In this document: positions 1 to 11,889 of the stretch, piece after piece
How the letters are laid out: the number at the start of each line of letters is the position of its first letter
Position numbering within the stretch: position 1 is the first letter of the stretch
Assembly (NCBI GenBank): GCA_002104905.1
Contig: MCFE01000045.1
Location: forward strand, 124,001-188,000
Direction: 5' to 3'
From: Basidiobolus meristosporus CBS 931.73
Taxonomy: Eukaryota > Fungi > Basidiobolomycota
DNA length: 64,000 nucleotides
Program-made: the position numbers and the translations under genes
The notes under the pieces: generated by a model
Database searches by the model: none
What the model was told of the DNA's origin: nothing
What the model saw: the letters and a program-made list of their open reading frames with translations, nothing else

Positions 1-2330
1 CCTCCATGTGCCAGCTCATCACATCCATGATGGACTTGAAGGTAATATTCATGATGAGATTGGGATATGGTAGTTCCTGCAACTTGACTTGTCTTCCAAT
101 CTCTCCGCACAGCCACTCCACAAGAAACTCCCAAAAGGTAAAGCAAGGCCCAATATTCTCCACACACCATGCAAGATGGAGTAGAGAATGGATACAGTAG
201 TGGCAGAGATCTACGCATTCAGCTTTATGTTTGTAGTATAGCTGCTCAAATCCTATCATAAACTTCTTGCACAACAGCTGTAGACTTGTCAAGTTGGCAT
301 TGGTGTTCTTCTTCTGGATAAATATTCCTACAATGTCCACATATGACTCCCAATGCTTCCAATGTACTCTTGGTAGGAATGGGTTTAGAACACCACTTGA
401 ATAAACACATATCCAGCTCATCCAGTCTTTGCATTTGTATTGTTGCATATGCATATGAATATTGATTGGAGCCCAAGAGAAGTACTTAGGGTAGTGGATA
501 ATCAGCAATATCTTGCCAATTCTTTCAAATTTCTCTGGTATCTCAAAGGGCTCTTTTAGCTTGAAATGCCCCATGTGCAACTTGGTCATCAGTATAAGGA
601 TATTGCTGAAAAGCAAATGCATTGCTCCCAGTGAAAAGCTTTGGCTCCAACAGATACCCTGTATCTTAAGTATCTATGGTTTCCAATTGATTCCATATTC
701 TGTCCAATGGCTTATAGCTTGCTATCTTTGCTGCAATTGCACGCTTATTTCTGCACATTCTCTCTGTGGAAAGACAATGTCCTTAGTGCTGGTGTTTGGG
801 TGATAATTTTTGTAAGAGTCTTGGAGGTATTGGAAGTGATTGGGAAAACAAGTAGATTATGTGGTTGTTGCTCAATGATTTACTAAATATGAAAGTAGTA
901 TTTACACTTTTACATGGTCTTGGTATAGCAAACACGTAACATATGTTAAGGAAGATCCCATGAACATATGTGCAAAGTTTGGGGCTGTTTGGACAACTTT
1001 GAGAATTTTCATGTTCTAAGTACCTGGTATTGTGGTGAAAATATTCTAAGTAAATCCTGATAAGGAATTTGGTCAGCATTCCCTAGGACTTGAAGGTAAT
1101 GATCTAAGTGACTAAGTTAGGTGAATTTTTAGGTGGAATTACCAATTTTACAACAATAACAATGTGTGTGAGTTATGGAGTAAATCCCTGGGATCTCACA
1201 CATTTGACAGCAACACCATCCATTGTGCCTGGAAAATCCTGCTACCTTGCTGATGGCTGGGGTATCTCCAATGCTGATAATAATATGTGCTTTTACATGA
1301 TGGCCATTTACTGTTATCCCACTGGAAAGCAAACAAAGCCCATCCAGCAATGGATAAAGGTAGCTATCCAGGTTGGACAGTGATTTAGTCCCAGATACCA
1401 GTGAGACTACTATCAGATTATTGCTCTGATATTGCAAGATAGGCAGCAGACTCAGATTTATGAGAATCAGTGGCCAGCAGGATTTGCTGGTAGAGTACTT
1501 GCTTGATGGGAATCCATCAAGTGCTTTGGCAAAGTCATGGTCATACATACCTTTAAAGCAGCCCTAGCTTCTTAGCTGTTTACAATGTTTGCCATCAAAA
1601 ATATTGGATATTTTTGCACTTGATTGATACTGAGTGCGGTACTGTATGGCTTTGCAATATTTGTCAGACTACATCAGCTTCCTCAGATGGGGTATTACCA
1701 GAATACATCCAGAGTGTGAACAATGTTTTCCCTCAATGGTGGTGGATTCCTGACAATTTGGACACATTGCAATGGTAGCATTTTTGGATGTGAATGTCAT
1801 GCAACTGTTGACACATGCTGGAATCAGGACAGTCTCTGGATCATATGTTGCCAGCTGCATGACAGTAGGCCACTTGTACCATGTACATGGTAAGTTGCAT
1901 CCTGGAATGATTTTGGCAAGAAATAGTGATAAACTCTCAAAGCCCCTATTACTGATGTTAGCAGAAACACACAACTTCTCTAGCCAAAACATTACATCAT
2001 TCACCAGTAGATGGATTACTGGACTCACTTGGTCCAATAAAGTATCCTTAGCACTTCGTTCAATGGGTGTTGTCTCATTATATATAGGGATTTAACTGGG
2101 CTCATATGTGGTACTGTTGTTAAGGGAGATAGGCTCACAATCCATCAGTGAGCCTTCTTTGTCAGAGCTATCACTCTGCATGCCATATTCAGAAGGCCAA
2201 GGTGAGCCTAAAGGTGTCACAAACTTACCTGACTCAGTTTGCGCAAGGTGACAAAGATGGTCAGGTGCCAATATTGAAGTATAAGCTGGCCAGCAAGATA
2301 ATGTTGGCACAGTAGTGACCAATTGATTGT
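1..2330 (-). mobile_element. Degenerate CACTA/En-Spm (Tnp2/Transposase_21-type) transposase remnant, probably running off the left edge
   Basis: Broken minus-strand ORFs carry family motifs: ACVNSCMTFTSKNATIAMCPNCQE (1669-2037) and ALDGF..SCWPLILINLSL..SYLYPLLDGLCLLSSG..IGDTPAISKVAGFSRHNGWCCCQMCEIPG (1129-1548). There are many stops and frameshifts and almost no CpG. Confidence 0.8.
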
Positions 2331-2701
2331 TAAATATTACTTGGGTAGCAAAACACTGGCCATGATCCTTGTGATACTTCCTATGCTGTCTGCATGCTTC
2401 ATGGCTGAGAGGCTTGCCACATTAGCCACATGGTCTTTTTTCACTTCTCTTATGGCATTGAGTCAAAGTAGTCTTGTCTATGGGGCAAGCAGTTGACCTT
2501 CAACAACGTAATGCCATTATATCACTTTTTGGTCAATACTCATGTGAACTTAAGACAGTCTTGTATTTGAGACATTGCACCTATATGAATGTAAGATTCA
2601 ATGATGACCCACCATAGTAGCACTATAAATAGAGTTGTGGCACCACATACACACTTATATGTAACACTATTCCCCCTTTTGTTTGACTCACTTTCATATA
2701 T

Positions 2702-3661
2702 ATGCCGCCAAAAAATAAAACAAAGTTGACCAGTTCCCAACCATACCCCACTGCTGACAGCAGCAGAAGAATAGTTGGACAACAGCTTGCTTTGACATTC
2801 AGTGCTGTGTTGGCTGATAGCATAGATATGATGGCCCAGAGAACTCAGGAAAAAGTCCAGAAACAGGATGAGCAGATAATATGTGTGAGCAATCAATATC
2901 CCAGGTAGAGAAAGCAGTATCTTTGCTGCAAAGATGGAACTAAGTAGCTTAATGTCACAGCTAAGAATTCAGCCATTTCCCAATGTAACAGCAGAGGAAC
3001 ACTGTACAGTCTTTGAAGCACAACAACAGTGCCCAAAGATAAAGCCCACAAAAAACCCATCACAGCATGGGAGGGAGACAATGTGGTGTTTAAGCTAAGG
3101 CCTAAAAAAGAAAAGACACTGAAGATCTGTGAAGCTGTTGAGTGCAATAATGAAGAGTGGGCTAATATTCAAGAGGCCATCTGAAGTCTTGCATGCCATC
3201 ACCTTAAGGCTGGCATACCATGGGACCATCTGGAACTCAAGGCCAAGCAGAATGCACTTGACTTGTTCCATGAGCATTATCCTGGATTCCAACAGGAGCC
3301 TGTCACAACTATGGTTGAGAGCCTGAAACAAGTGGAAAAGAAATGTCAGGTTGCCAGAAGAGTGCCAGCAAGGGACAAGCAGGCCAAAACAAATGCGTCA
3401 GAGCAGAATTTATCAAGGAGAAAACATAGTTCATTACAGGAAGCACTCAGACAAAGTAGCACTGAAAGACCTGGCAACAATAAAGGAAAAGGGAAAGGGA
3501 AAAATGTCTACCCAAGCCTGAGACAGGGAGGCATGCAAAAAAACTGCAGTTATTGCCAATTAATGCCGCAAGCCCAGAACAGACTGAATCCCATCATAGC
3601 TAAGAAGAATTACCAACAAGAAAACAGTTGTTTTGCAAGAGTTGGAAGCATGGTTGGTTGA
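2702..3661 (+). pseudogene. Decayed accessory ORF (ORF2/TnpA-like) divergent from the transposase
   Basis: One reading frame runs from MPPKNKTK (2702) through EEWANIQEAI*SLACHHLKAGIPWDHLELKAKQNALDLFHEHYPGFQQEPV (about 3160-3310), interrupted by isolated stops. It has the same CpG-poor composition as the transposase. Family not recognised. Confidence 0.5.
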
Positions 3662-3707
3662 GCTACACTCCAGCAAGGTCAATGAGTTTGCAGAAAAAGG
3701 CAATTTG

Positions 3708-4016
3708 TCTACCACAGCCTCCACATCCTCCTTTGTTGACAGAGTGGAGATCCCACTGACAGTCAAGGCTATAATGTCAAGAGCTCAAAAGACTATCACA
3801 ATGCCTTCAGTGGAATTTTGGAACGTTAATAGGCACATTGAGAGATTGCAGCACTTCTTCAAGAGCAGTGCTCAAGAAAATGCACTTGAATATTGCAAGG
3901 ATTTATTGCCAAGACTAGCAGATGAGGTGCTAGACCTTGCAGTGCCAGCTGAAGACCAGGATGTGTGGGAACCAGTGAATGAACAATGGCATAAAGCTGT
4001 TGGGTTCCCACCAAAG
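3708..4016 (+). repeat. About 309-bp dispersed direct repeat, copy 1 (coding-like, possibly gag-like)
   Basis: Aligns by eye along its full length with 4514-4821. Both encode FW.+NRH..RLQHFFKSSAQE.ALEYCKDLL.RLADE.L.LAV....QDVWEPVNEQWHKA+GF.PK. Confidence 0.9.
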
Positions 4017-4513
4017 TTGTGAAACCAGAGCATTACAACAATAATACTTATTGAGTGGTGGATTTTAATGGAGTTGCTTGTTGAGTGCGGGGTTGGGGTT
4101 AATGTTAGTGCAGGTTATAGGGACTTGTATAGGTCAATATAATTGACAATTGAGCTACAACTGAAGTTTCAATAGAAATAACTCAATTTGTATGCATGAA
4201 AAGTCAGAGAAATGGTTGAGTCAGGAAGTAAGGAGTGTGAAAAAGAGGCAATAGCCAATCAATGCACACAAATGTTGGAGGTAATAGAGTGTCCAGGATC
4301 AGAAAGTGAGCAAATTGGCAGGGAGCCAATCAAAAGCCACTTTTGTATTGTTGTGATAAGAAATTTTGACTAAGTTTTTTGTGAAATCTGGGATGCAATT
4401 ATTTTTCAATGGTCTCTGGATGGTTTCCTGACAGGATCAGTACCTCTTAGTCACGGGACTTTAACTTTGTGACAGCCTTTTGACAGGATCATTACAATAA
4501 TTTTTCATTGAGA

Positions 4514-4821
4514 TCTACTACAGCCTCTACATCCTCCATTGTTGACAGGGTGGAGATCCCATTGACAGACAAAGTAACAATGTCAAGAACTCAAAGGTTA
4601 TCACAGTGCCTTCAGTGAAATTTTGGAGCATTAATAGGCACACCAAGAGGTTGCAGCACTTCTTCAAGAGCAGTGCTCAAGAAGATGCACTTGAATATTG
4701 CAAGGATTTATTGCAAAGACTGGCAGATGAGGAGCTAGCCCTTGCAGTGTTGGCTGGAGACCAGGATGTGTGGGAACCAGTGAATGAACAGTGGCATAAA
4801 GCCATTGGGTTCCTGCCAAAG
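4514..4821 (+). repeat. About 308-bp dispersed direct repeat, copy 2
   Basis: Diverged copy of 3708-4016; for example cagcacttcttcaagagcagtgctcaagaa and accaggatgtgtgggaaccagtgaatgaaca are identical in both. Confidence 0.9.
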
Positions 4822-4829
4822 TCACTTCC

Positions 4830-5470
4830 AATACTCCTCAGAATATTGCAACATTTGGGACCTTCCAAAACCTATTCTACTTGTTTGATGTGCCAAGACC
4901 ATGGAAGAGTATAGATACTGCTTTTACCTTCAATAAGTCCTTGAGTGAAAACCATATAATCTACTTGTTCTCCCAATCAATTCCAATATTGCCAAGAATC
5001 TTACAGCAGCTTGGACAACTCACCAAAGTATCATGTTCTGAGTACCTGATATCTTAGTGAAAAAATTCTGAACAGTGGATGTAGCTAGAATACCTCAAGA
5101 ATTGTAGGTAATGCTCTAATTGACTAAGCCAGGGGATTATATAGCTGTAGTCACAAAATTTGCAACAAAACCTGATGTAAGAGTTTTTGGCAAACTTGAA
5201 TTGATTGGAAGAACAAGCAGATTATGAGGTTTTTGATGTGAATATTGTAGTTACGCCTAAAGAGTCATGTTAATTTAGTTGCGTAGATCCTAGTCCGCAG
5301 ATCTTGAGTATTTTTCCAAAATCCTTTGTCAGGATTCAATTTAGATACCTTAACATTTGTAGACTAAGATCTAAGTGAGTAACCTGATTGAATATGTAGG
5401 GGTATCTACAAGATTCACAATAGAAAATACAGGCATTGGTATGACAGTGCCAACAAATATTTGGCTATAG
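4830..5470. mobile_element. Scrambled fragments of a second, diverged copy of the 780-1170 segment of the transposon
   Basis: About 4850-5005 matches the reverse complement of about 811-965. 5010-5070 matches 988-1050 (same strand), 5176-5230 matches 811-865 (same strand), and about 5368-5430 matches about 1100-1165 (same strand). Confidence 0.7.
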
Positions 5471-6606
5471 AAGGAGTTTCAAAGTACACCAATCCATATA
5501 GATCAGTGTTGGTGGCACTGTTGGAGTTCATGAGGAGGAGTGTGATGAGTGGAGGATTACCAAATAACATACAATGAAGTTGAGATACATTGATAGCTCA
5601 GGGTTGGTGAACAACAATCAAGACACCAATCTATGGATGTTTGGGGGATTGAATTGCAAAATTCTGGTCAAGTTCTTTTGATTCAAGGAGTGATTAACTG
5701 CAGTCAGTGTTGGAATGGTTTCATATCAATCAAATTTACAAATCAGCACACTCTACCATAAATGTGAAGAAGTGGATGCTTTTTATAAGGTCACCGGAAG
5801 CGGAGCAAAATCTTGGGCTATTTGGGGAGGCTTGAAAGATTTGGTCACTTCCAGGACTTTGGTGATTCTTCAGATTGGCAAGTATGTTGAAAAGTAAGAT
5901 ATTGGCCGGATATTTCCCAAAACCATTTCGAAGTCAGAAATAGAATTTCTAATGAAATCACTGATTGTTTACAACTGCCGCCAACTCAGGGATTTGCTGT
6001 TTCGATATTAGATTCTAGGAACCGCGGGTCCAACTAGCACTAGCGTGTATGTAGCACAAGGAACCCGCTAGCACTTTAAGATCGATTAATCACCAGATCT
6101 GGGTCACCCGAGCTCATGAATAGGTACCCAATCTACTGGCCATTCATCTCGAGTTCAACAATATTGTTCAAGTAAATTATGGAATCGTTAGCGGGCGATG
6201 ATTGGAGGAGGGGGAGGGATGGTTTGGTAAACGAATCCATGTGGAAGGATGATTTTGTGGATGATTTCGTGAATCGCAGTGATTGTGAACTTGGCAAAGC
6301 CTAACTGACTTTGGCAGGTATCTATCTTATTTCACCTGGATACGCCTTCCTTGACAAGCCTGTTCCCTTGAACCCGTTGATTTTACGCACCTTGTTTAGA
6401 TTCTGGTGAAAGTTTGTACCTGGTGTTTCTATTCCCACTGTACAGTACCGGTGTATATTTTCCTCTCTTCCCTACCAATTCAAACCACGACAAAGCGAGC
6501 GTTAGGAGGTAGTAGACAAGGTAGATGGGGTTGAGACAGCTCCTTCCATGTAGACATCCAAGCTAAGACCAACCTTGTTTCCTTACCACAGTGACGGACT
6601 CTCATC

Positions 6607-9600
6607 ATGAGCATTGCACAATCCCTTGAGGTTTACACAAAGGTGGGTGCTTATCAGCAACCAGGTCATCCGGGGTTCACACTAACCAAAGGTCGCACGT
6701 AGAATACGAACGTATGGCTAGAAGACGATAAAGAAGGATGGATTAGTGGACAGGTGCTCTCCAGCAAAACCGACGACACCAAAGCGTACCTGGAGATCAG
6801 GGACGCTACAGGAAAGGTGGTTTATTTGGATGGGGTATCGAGCGCGGCGAAAAGCTTTGGTTAACCTTTGGCGGTTCTAGGTGGTGAATCTGGAGTTCTC
6901 TTTGGACAAATTGCTGAAGAAGAAGGTGGAACTGCCACCGCTGTGCAATCCCCCCATCCTAGAAGGCATTGACGACTTGACCAACCTTAGTTATTTACAC
7001 GAACCCGCAGGTAAGTCGAGCCTCCCCTGGACACGGCCTTCGCTGGACTAAACAATCCCTCGCCTCTAGTACTTCACAATATACGCACCCGCTACTCCCA
7101 ACACAACATCTACACCTATTCCGGGATAGTGCTGATCGCGTGTAACCCTTTCCAAAAGGTCTCCCTCTACTCGCAAGACGTGATCCAAGCCTATTCGGGA
7201 CGAACCCGAGGCGAGCTGGAGCCCCACCTGTTCGCCATCTCGGAAGATGCCTATCGCTGCATGATCCGTGAGAAACAGAACCAGACGATCGTGGTGTCGG
7301 GAGAAAGGTGACCACCGGCGACACACGACTTCATATCGATTCGTTTACTGACCGAGGTTGATTGGGTTTCTAGTGGAGCGGGAAAGACGGTGAGCGCCAA
7401 GTTCATCATGCGCTATTTCGCCTCGGTGAAAGAAGGCGACGGAAACGGTAAGCCGGCACGGTGTTGACTTCATGAGTGCAGGGCCTCACCCATCTTTTGG
7501 CATGCAGTAGGTTCGGACTTGAGCGAAGTGGAAGAGCAAATCCTAGGTTCGTACCGGGCGGATCCGAATCGCACCCGCTGTCCCCACCTGGACTAACCTT
7601 TGCCTCGTGTTTAGCGACGAACCCGGTCTTGGAGGCGTTCGGCAATGCGAAGACCACTCGTAACGACAACAGCTCTCGTTTCGGCAAGTACATCGAGGTA
7701 TGCACTCATGATGCAAACGTATGCCCGCGGCGGTGCATTACGGCGATTAACCGCACTGACATCTAGATCCTGTTCGACCAATCCACCAACATTGTTGGAG
7801 CCAGAGTTCGAACCTACCTGCTTGAACGCTCTCGTCTGATTTACCAGCCGGAGATCGAGAGAAACTACCACATCTTTTACCAGGTAATTGCTGCACGAGA
7901 ACCATTGGCTCTGGGCCCATGGCTGACTGGGTTTTAGCTTTGCGCAGGTGCCACAGCCCAGGAAAGAGAGGAGCTTTCGATCGAACAGTTCTCGAGCTAC
8001 CACTACCTCAATCAGGGGGGCGATGGGGTGATCCCCGACGTCGATGATTGCCAGGAGCTCGAGTTGACCAGGAAATCGCTGTCGCTTATCGGGATCTCGG
8101 CGGAGACTCAAAGAAACGTGTTCCGAGTCCTGGCCGCGCTGCTCCACCTCGGTAACGTGAAGATCGGCGGGTCGGACAAGTTCGGCGCCATGGTAGACGA
8201 AGACGAGCCATCCTTCCAGATTGTCACCCGCCTTCTTCAACTCAACCCGGCCGATTTCCGCAAGTGGATGGTGAAGAAGCAGATCGTGGCCCGGACCGAG
8301 ACCATCCTTTCGATCCTCAAACCCAGCGAGGCGGTGGCCGCACGCGACGCCATCGCCAAATTCATCTACGCCAATCTGTTCGAGTGGCTGATCAAGGTGA
8401 TCAACACCAGTCTGTGCACCGCGGAGATCGCCAGCACGGCCGATTCGTTCATCGGGGTCCTGGACATCTACGGGTTCGAGCATTTCGAGAAGAACTCCTT
8501 CGAGCAGTTCTGCATCAACTACGCCAACGAGAAGCTCCAGCAGGAGTTCAACAAGCACGTGTTCAAACTGGAGCAGGAGGAGTATGTGAAGGAAGAGATC
8601 GCCTGGGACTTCATCGAGTTCAGTGATAACCAGCCCTGTATCGATCTGATCGAAGGCCGGCTGGGTGTGCTGGCACTTTTGGATGAGGAGAGCAGACTCC
8701 CATCCGGCACCGACGACTCCCTCATCATGAAGCTGTACAAGCAGTACGAAGGCCCGGAGCATAGCAAGTTCTTCAAGAAGCCCAAGTTCTCGAACAGCGC
8801 GTTCACCATCTGCCATTACGCCCACGACGTGTCGTACGAGAGCGAAGGATTCCTGGACAAAAACAAGGACACCATTTCCGAGGAGTTGTCCAAGGTCCTG
8901 CTAGCCTCCGAGTTCGGGTTCTTGCGGGAGATTCTCCCGGCGATGGCGGATGAACCTCCCGTCAACACCAAGGCCCCCAGACGCAGCATGAGCGCGGTGG
9001 CCAAGAAGAAAACCCTAGGGTCGACGTTCAAGGGATCGTTGATCAGCCTGATGGAGACGATCAACTCGACCAACGTCCATTACATCCGCTGCGTGAAGCC
9101 CAACGAAGCAAAAAAGCCCTGGCAATTCGACCCCCAGATGGTTCTCTCTCAGCTGCGAGCGTGTGGTGTCCTCGAGACGATTCGGATCAGTTGTGAGGGA
9201 TATCCCTCCAGGAGGACCATCGAGGAGTTCGTGGACAGATACTACCTGCTGCTGCCCTCCTCCCAGTGGAGCCCGCAGGATTTGTCGAAGTTCACCATGT
9301 CGATCTTAGAGCTGACCATCAACAACCCGGACAAGTATCAGCTTGGATTGACGAAGGTATTCTTCAGGGCGGGCCAGCTAGCGTACCTTGAAAAGCTTCG
9401 CTCCGACAAGCTGAACACCTCCGCGTGCAGGATCCAGACCTCGGTGCGCGGATTCCTGGCCCGCAAGTACTTCCGCCAGCTGAAGCTCTCCACGGTCATT
9501 CTGCAGACCTACGTTCGCAGGATGTTCGCCATGAAGCTCCTTCGGGGTCTGCGTGAGAAGAGAGCGGCCATCGTCATCCAACAGAACTGGCGAATGTATC

Positions 9601-11816
9601 GCGAGAGAAAGCGGTTCCGTCACACCATGGCGTCGATTCTTCAGATCCAATGCCTAGCCCGGAGGCATTTGGCCATGAACAAGGCCCGCGGATTGCGCGA
9701 GGTTAAAGCGGCGCTGGTGATTCAAAAGCATGCTCGTAGATGGTTTGCCCAACGGGATTATCTGCGTACAGTGTATTTGGTGGTTCGCCTTCAATCCTGT
9801 GTGAGACGTCATCAAGCCAAGGCCGAGCTGAAGAAGCTCAGGGTGGAGGCCCGCTCGGTGGACCACTTCAAGGAGCAATCCTTCAAACTCGAGAACACCG
9901 TCATCGCCATGACCAACCAGCTGACCATCAAAACGGACCAGAACAAAGCCATGGTCGAGGAGATTTCCCGGCTTCGGGACCAGGTCGAGTTCTGGAAAGG
10001 GAAATGCCAGGCGGCCGAGGAGAAGAATGCTGAACTCGGCGAAAAGGTGGTGTCGTTTGCCGGTGACCACGACAAGGAACTCTCGACCCTGAAGAACGAA
10101 TACCAGCTGCTCACGTCCAGATTCAGCTTGCTAAGCGACGAGCTCAAGGCGAAGGAGGATGAGCTACACGCCATCAAGGCCGATTTCACCAACGCCAAGC
10201 GAGAACTCCTCAAAGTGAAGAGAATCTCCAGAATCACCGGGGATTCCAGCTACGAGAGTTTGGCCGGGAACAATGGCTACGATGAGCAAGCCAACGGGGA
10301 GATGCAGAAGAGCACCCATACATCCTGGGAAAGCCTATCGCCCAAGTCCCTTCATTCCCTCACCAACGGCCTGGATCACGGTGACTCTGAGAGTCGCCGG
10401 TACAGCCTTACCTCGAACCCCGACGAGAGTCCCAGCTTACGCTCTAGCCGCAGAAGAATCCAATCGTTAATGCCAAGTCCTGCCCACTCCAGGCTACTTG
10501 ATGAGGAATCGGAGACACTCCGTAGACCAGTCTCCGGGTCGGCGAGATACTCGGCATCATTCAAACGCTCGTCGCTCTCCGGGAAGCTGACCAACCCCAC
10601 CAACCAGGATACCCGGGTGATTTTGGAGAGTGAGGAGCTTGTCAACGAGATGGAGACCATGCTACGAGACTCCGAGGTCGCCATTCAGGACGGGCCCAGG
10701 CCGGCTTTGACACGTTCGGAGATCCTGTTCCCTGCACATTTGATGGGCCTCTGCGTGGATCAGCTTTGGACATACGACCTGGGCTTGGAGATGCGTAGAC
10801 TGATGACGAAAGCCACCCAGATCATTGAAGAGCTGGTGGTGAAAGCAGACGCCACTAAGCTGGAGAACATCCACCATTACTGGCTGTCGAACGCCATCTA
10901 CCTGCTCCAATGCGTAGTGGACACTGAACAGCGCATCCAGGCTGAAAGCTCTCCGGGATCCATACGCTACAGCTCGGACTACATCGACCCATCCAAGGTG
11001 ATTTCCAAATGCAAGGAAACCTTGGAGGAGCTGATCGTCAAGATCTACAACCTCCTGATGCAGGATTTGAAGAAGAGGGTGAACAAGCTGATTATCCCTG
11101 GGGTGGTGGAAAGCCAGCCTCTCATAGAGTACTACATCCAGGAGTCAGGCTTCTTCAAAAAGATCATGACCAACGCTCGAAACAGCATGATCCCACCCTC
11201 GGTCAAGATCATCACGGATTTCCTTGAGCACGAGTGGAGCCTGCTGACGGGGTATTTCATTGACATCGAGGTGAGCAGCCACATCGTCGAGGAGCTGCTG
11301 AACTTCGTCGGCGCCACCGCCTTCAACAACGTCATCATGAGACGCAACTTCTGCTCGTGGAAGAGAGGGACGCAGATCCAGGCCAACATCACTTCGATCC
11401 AGGAGTGGTGCGCCAAGACTTCGCACGACATCCCCGAGATCGTGCATCTAGAGCAGCTTCGGCAGGCGATGAAACTGCTGACGCTTCTGAACACCGTCCA
11501 AGATATAGACGTCCTGTTCCAGGCATGCGATTCGCTGAACCCTGGCCAGATCAAGAAGCTCAGCTCCATCTATGCCGTCTCCGATTACGAGGAGCCGCTC
11601 TCCCCCAAGATCCTGACCGAGATTGCTCAGAGAAGCGAGGCTACCGAGAAGGTGGACAACCTCTTCCTCCCGGCAGAGAGCATGATAGACACATATAGGG
11701 TAGGGAAGCTTGTTCAAGTTATGATCTACTCGCCCACAGACGAATACATCCCCGACTGGATGCGACTGCACCTGTTGAGACATGTCCTTCAAACCCGTGC
11801 CCCACACGCCAACTAA
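6607..11816 (+). CDS. MYO2: Class V myosin heavy chain (motor, 6 IQ motifs, coiled coil, DIL cargo domain); multi-exon 5' end
   Basis: Spliced N-terminus [25 protein letters not shown]; [13 protein letters not shown]; P-loop SGESGAGKT; [20 protein letters not shown]; VLDIYGFE; six IQ repeats; DIL-like [29 protein letters not shown]; stop at 11814-11816. Confidence 0.96.
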
Positions 11817-11889
11817 TGCTTTTTTGATTATTCTTTGCCCGTTCCTTGGAGGTTTATTCGTTCAATGTTCATTCTGTCAATTCTAATGC

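Noticed and set aside
7611-8825. 404-aa antisense ORF, and other long overlapping ORFs inside myosin V, RasGEF and the C2H2 gene
   Set aside because: These are shadows of high-GC3 codon usage on the opposite strand, with no recognisable motifs.
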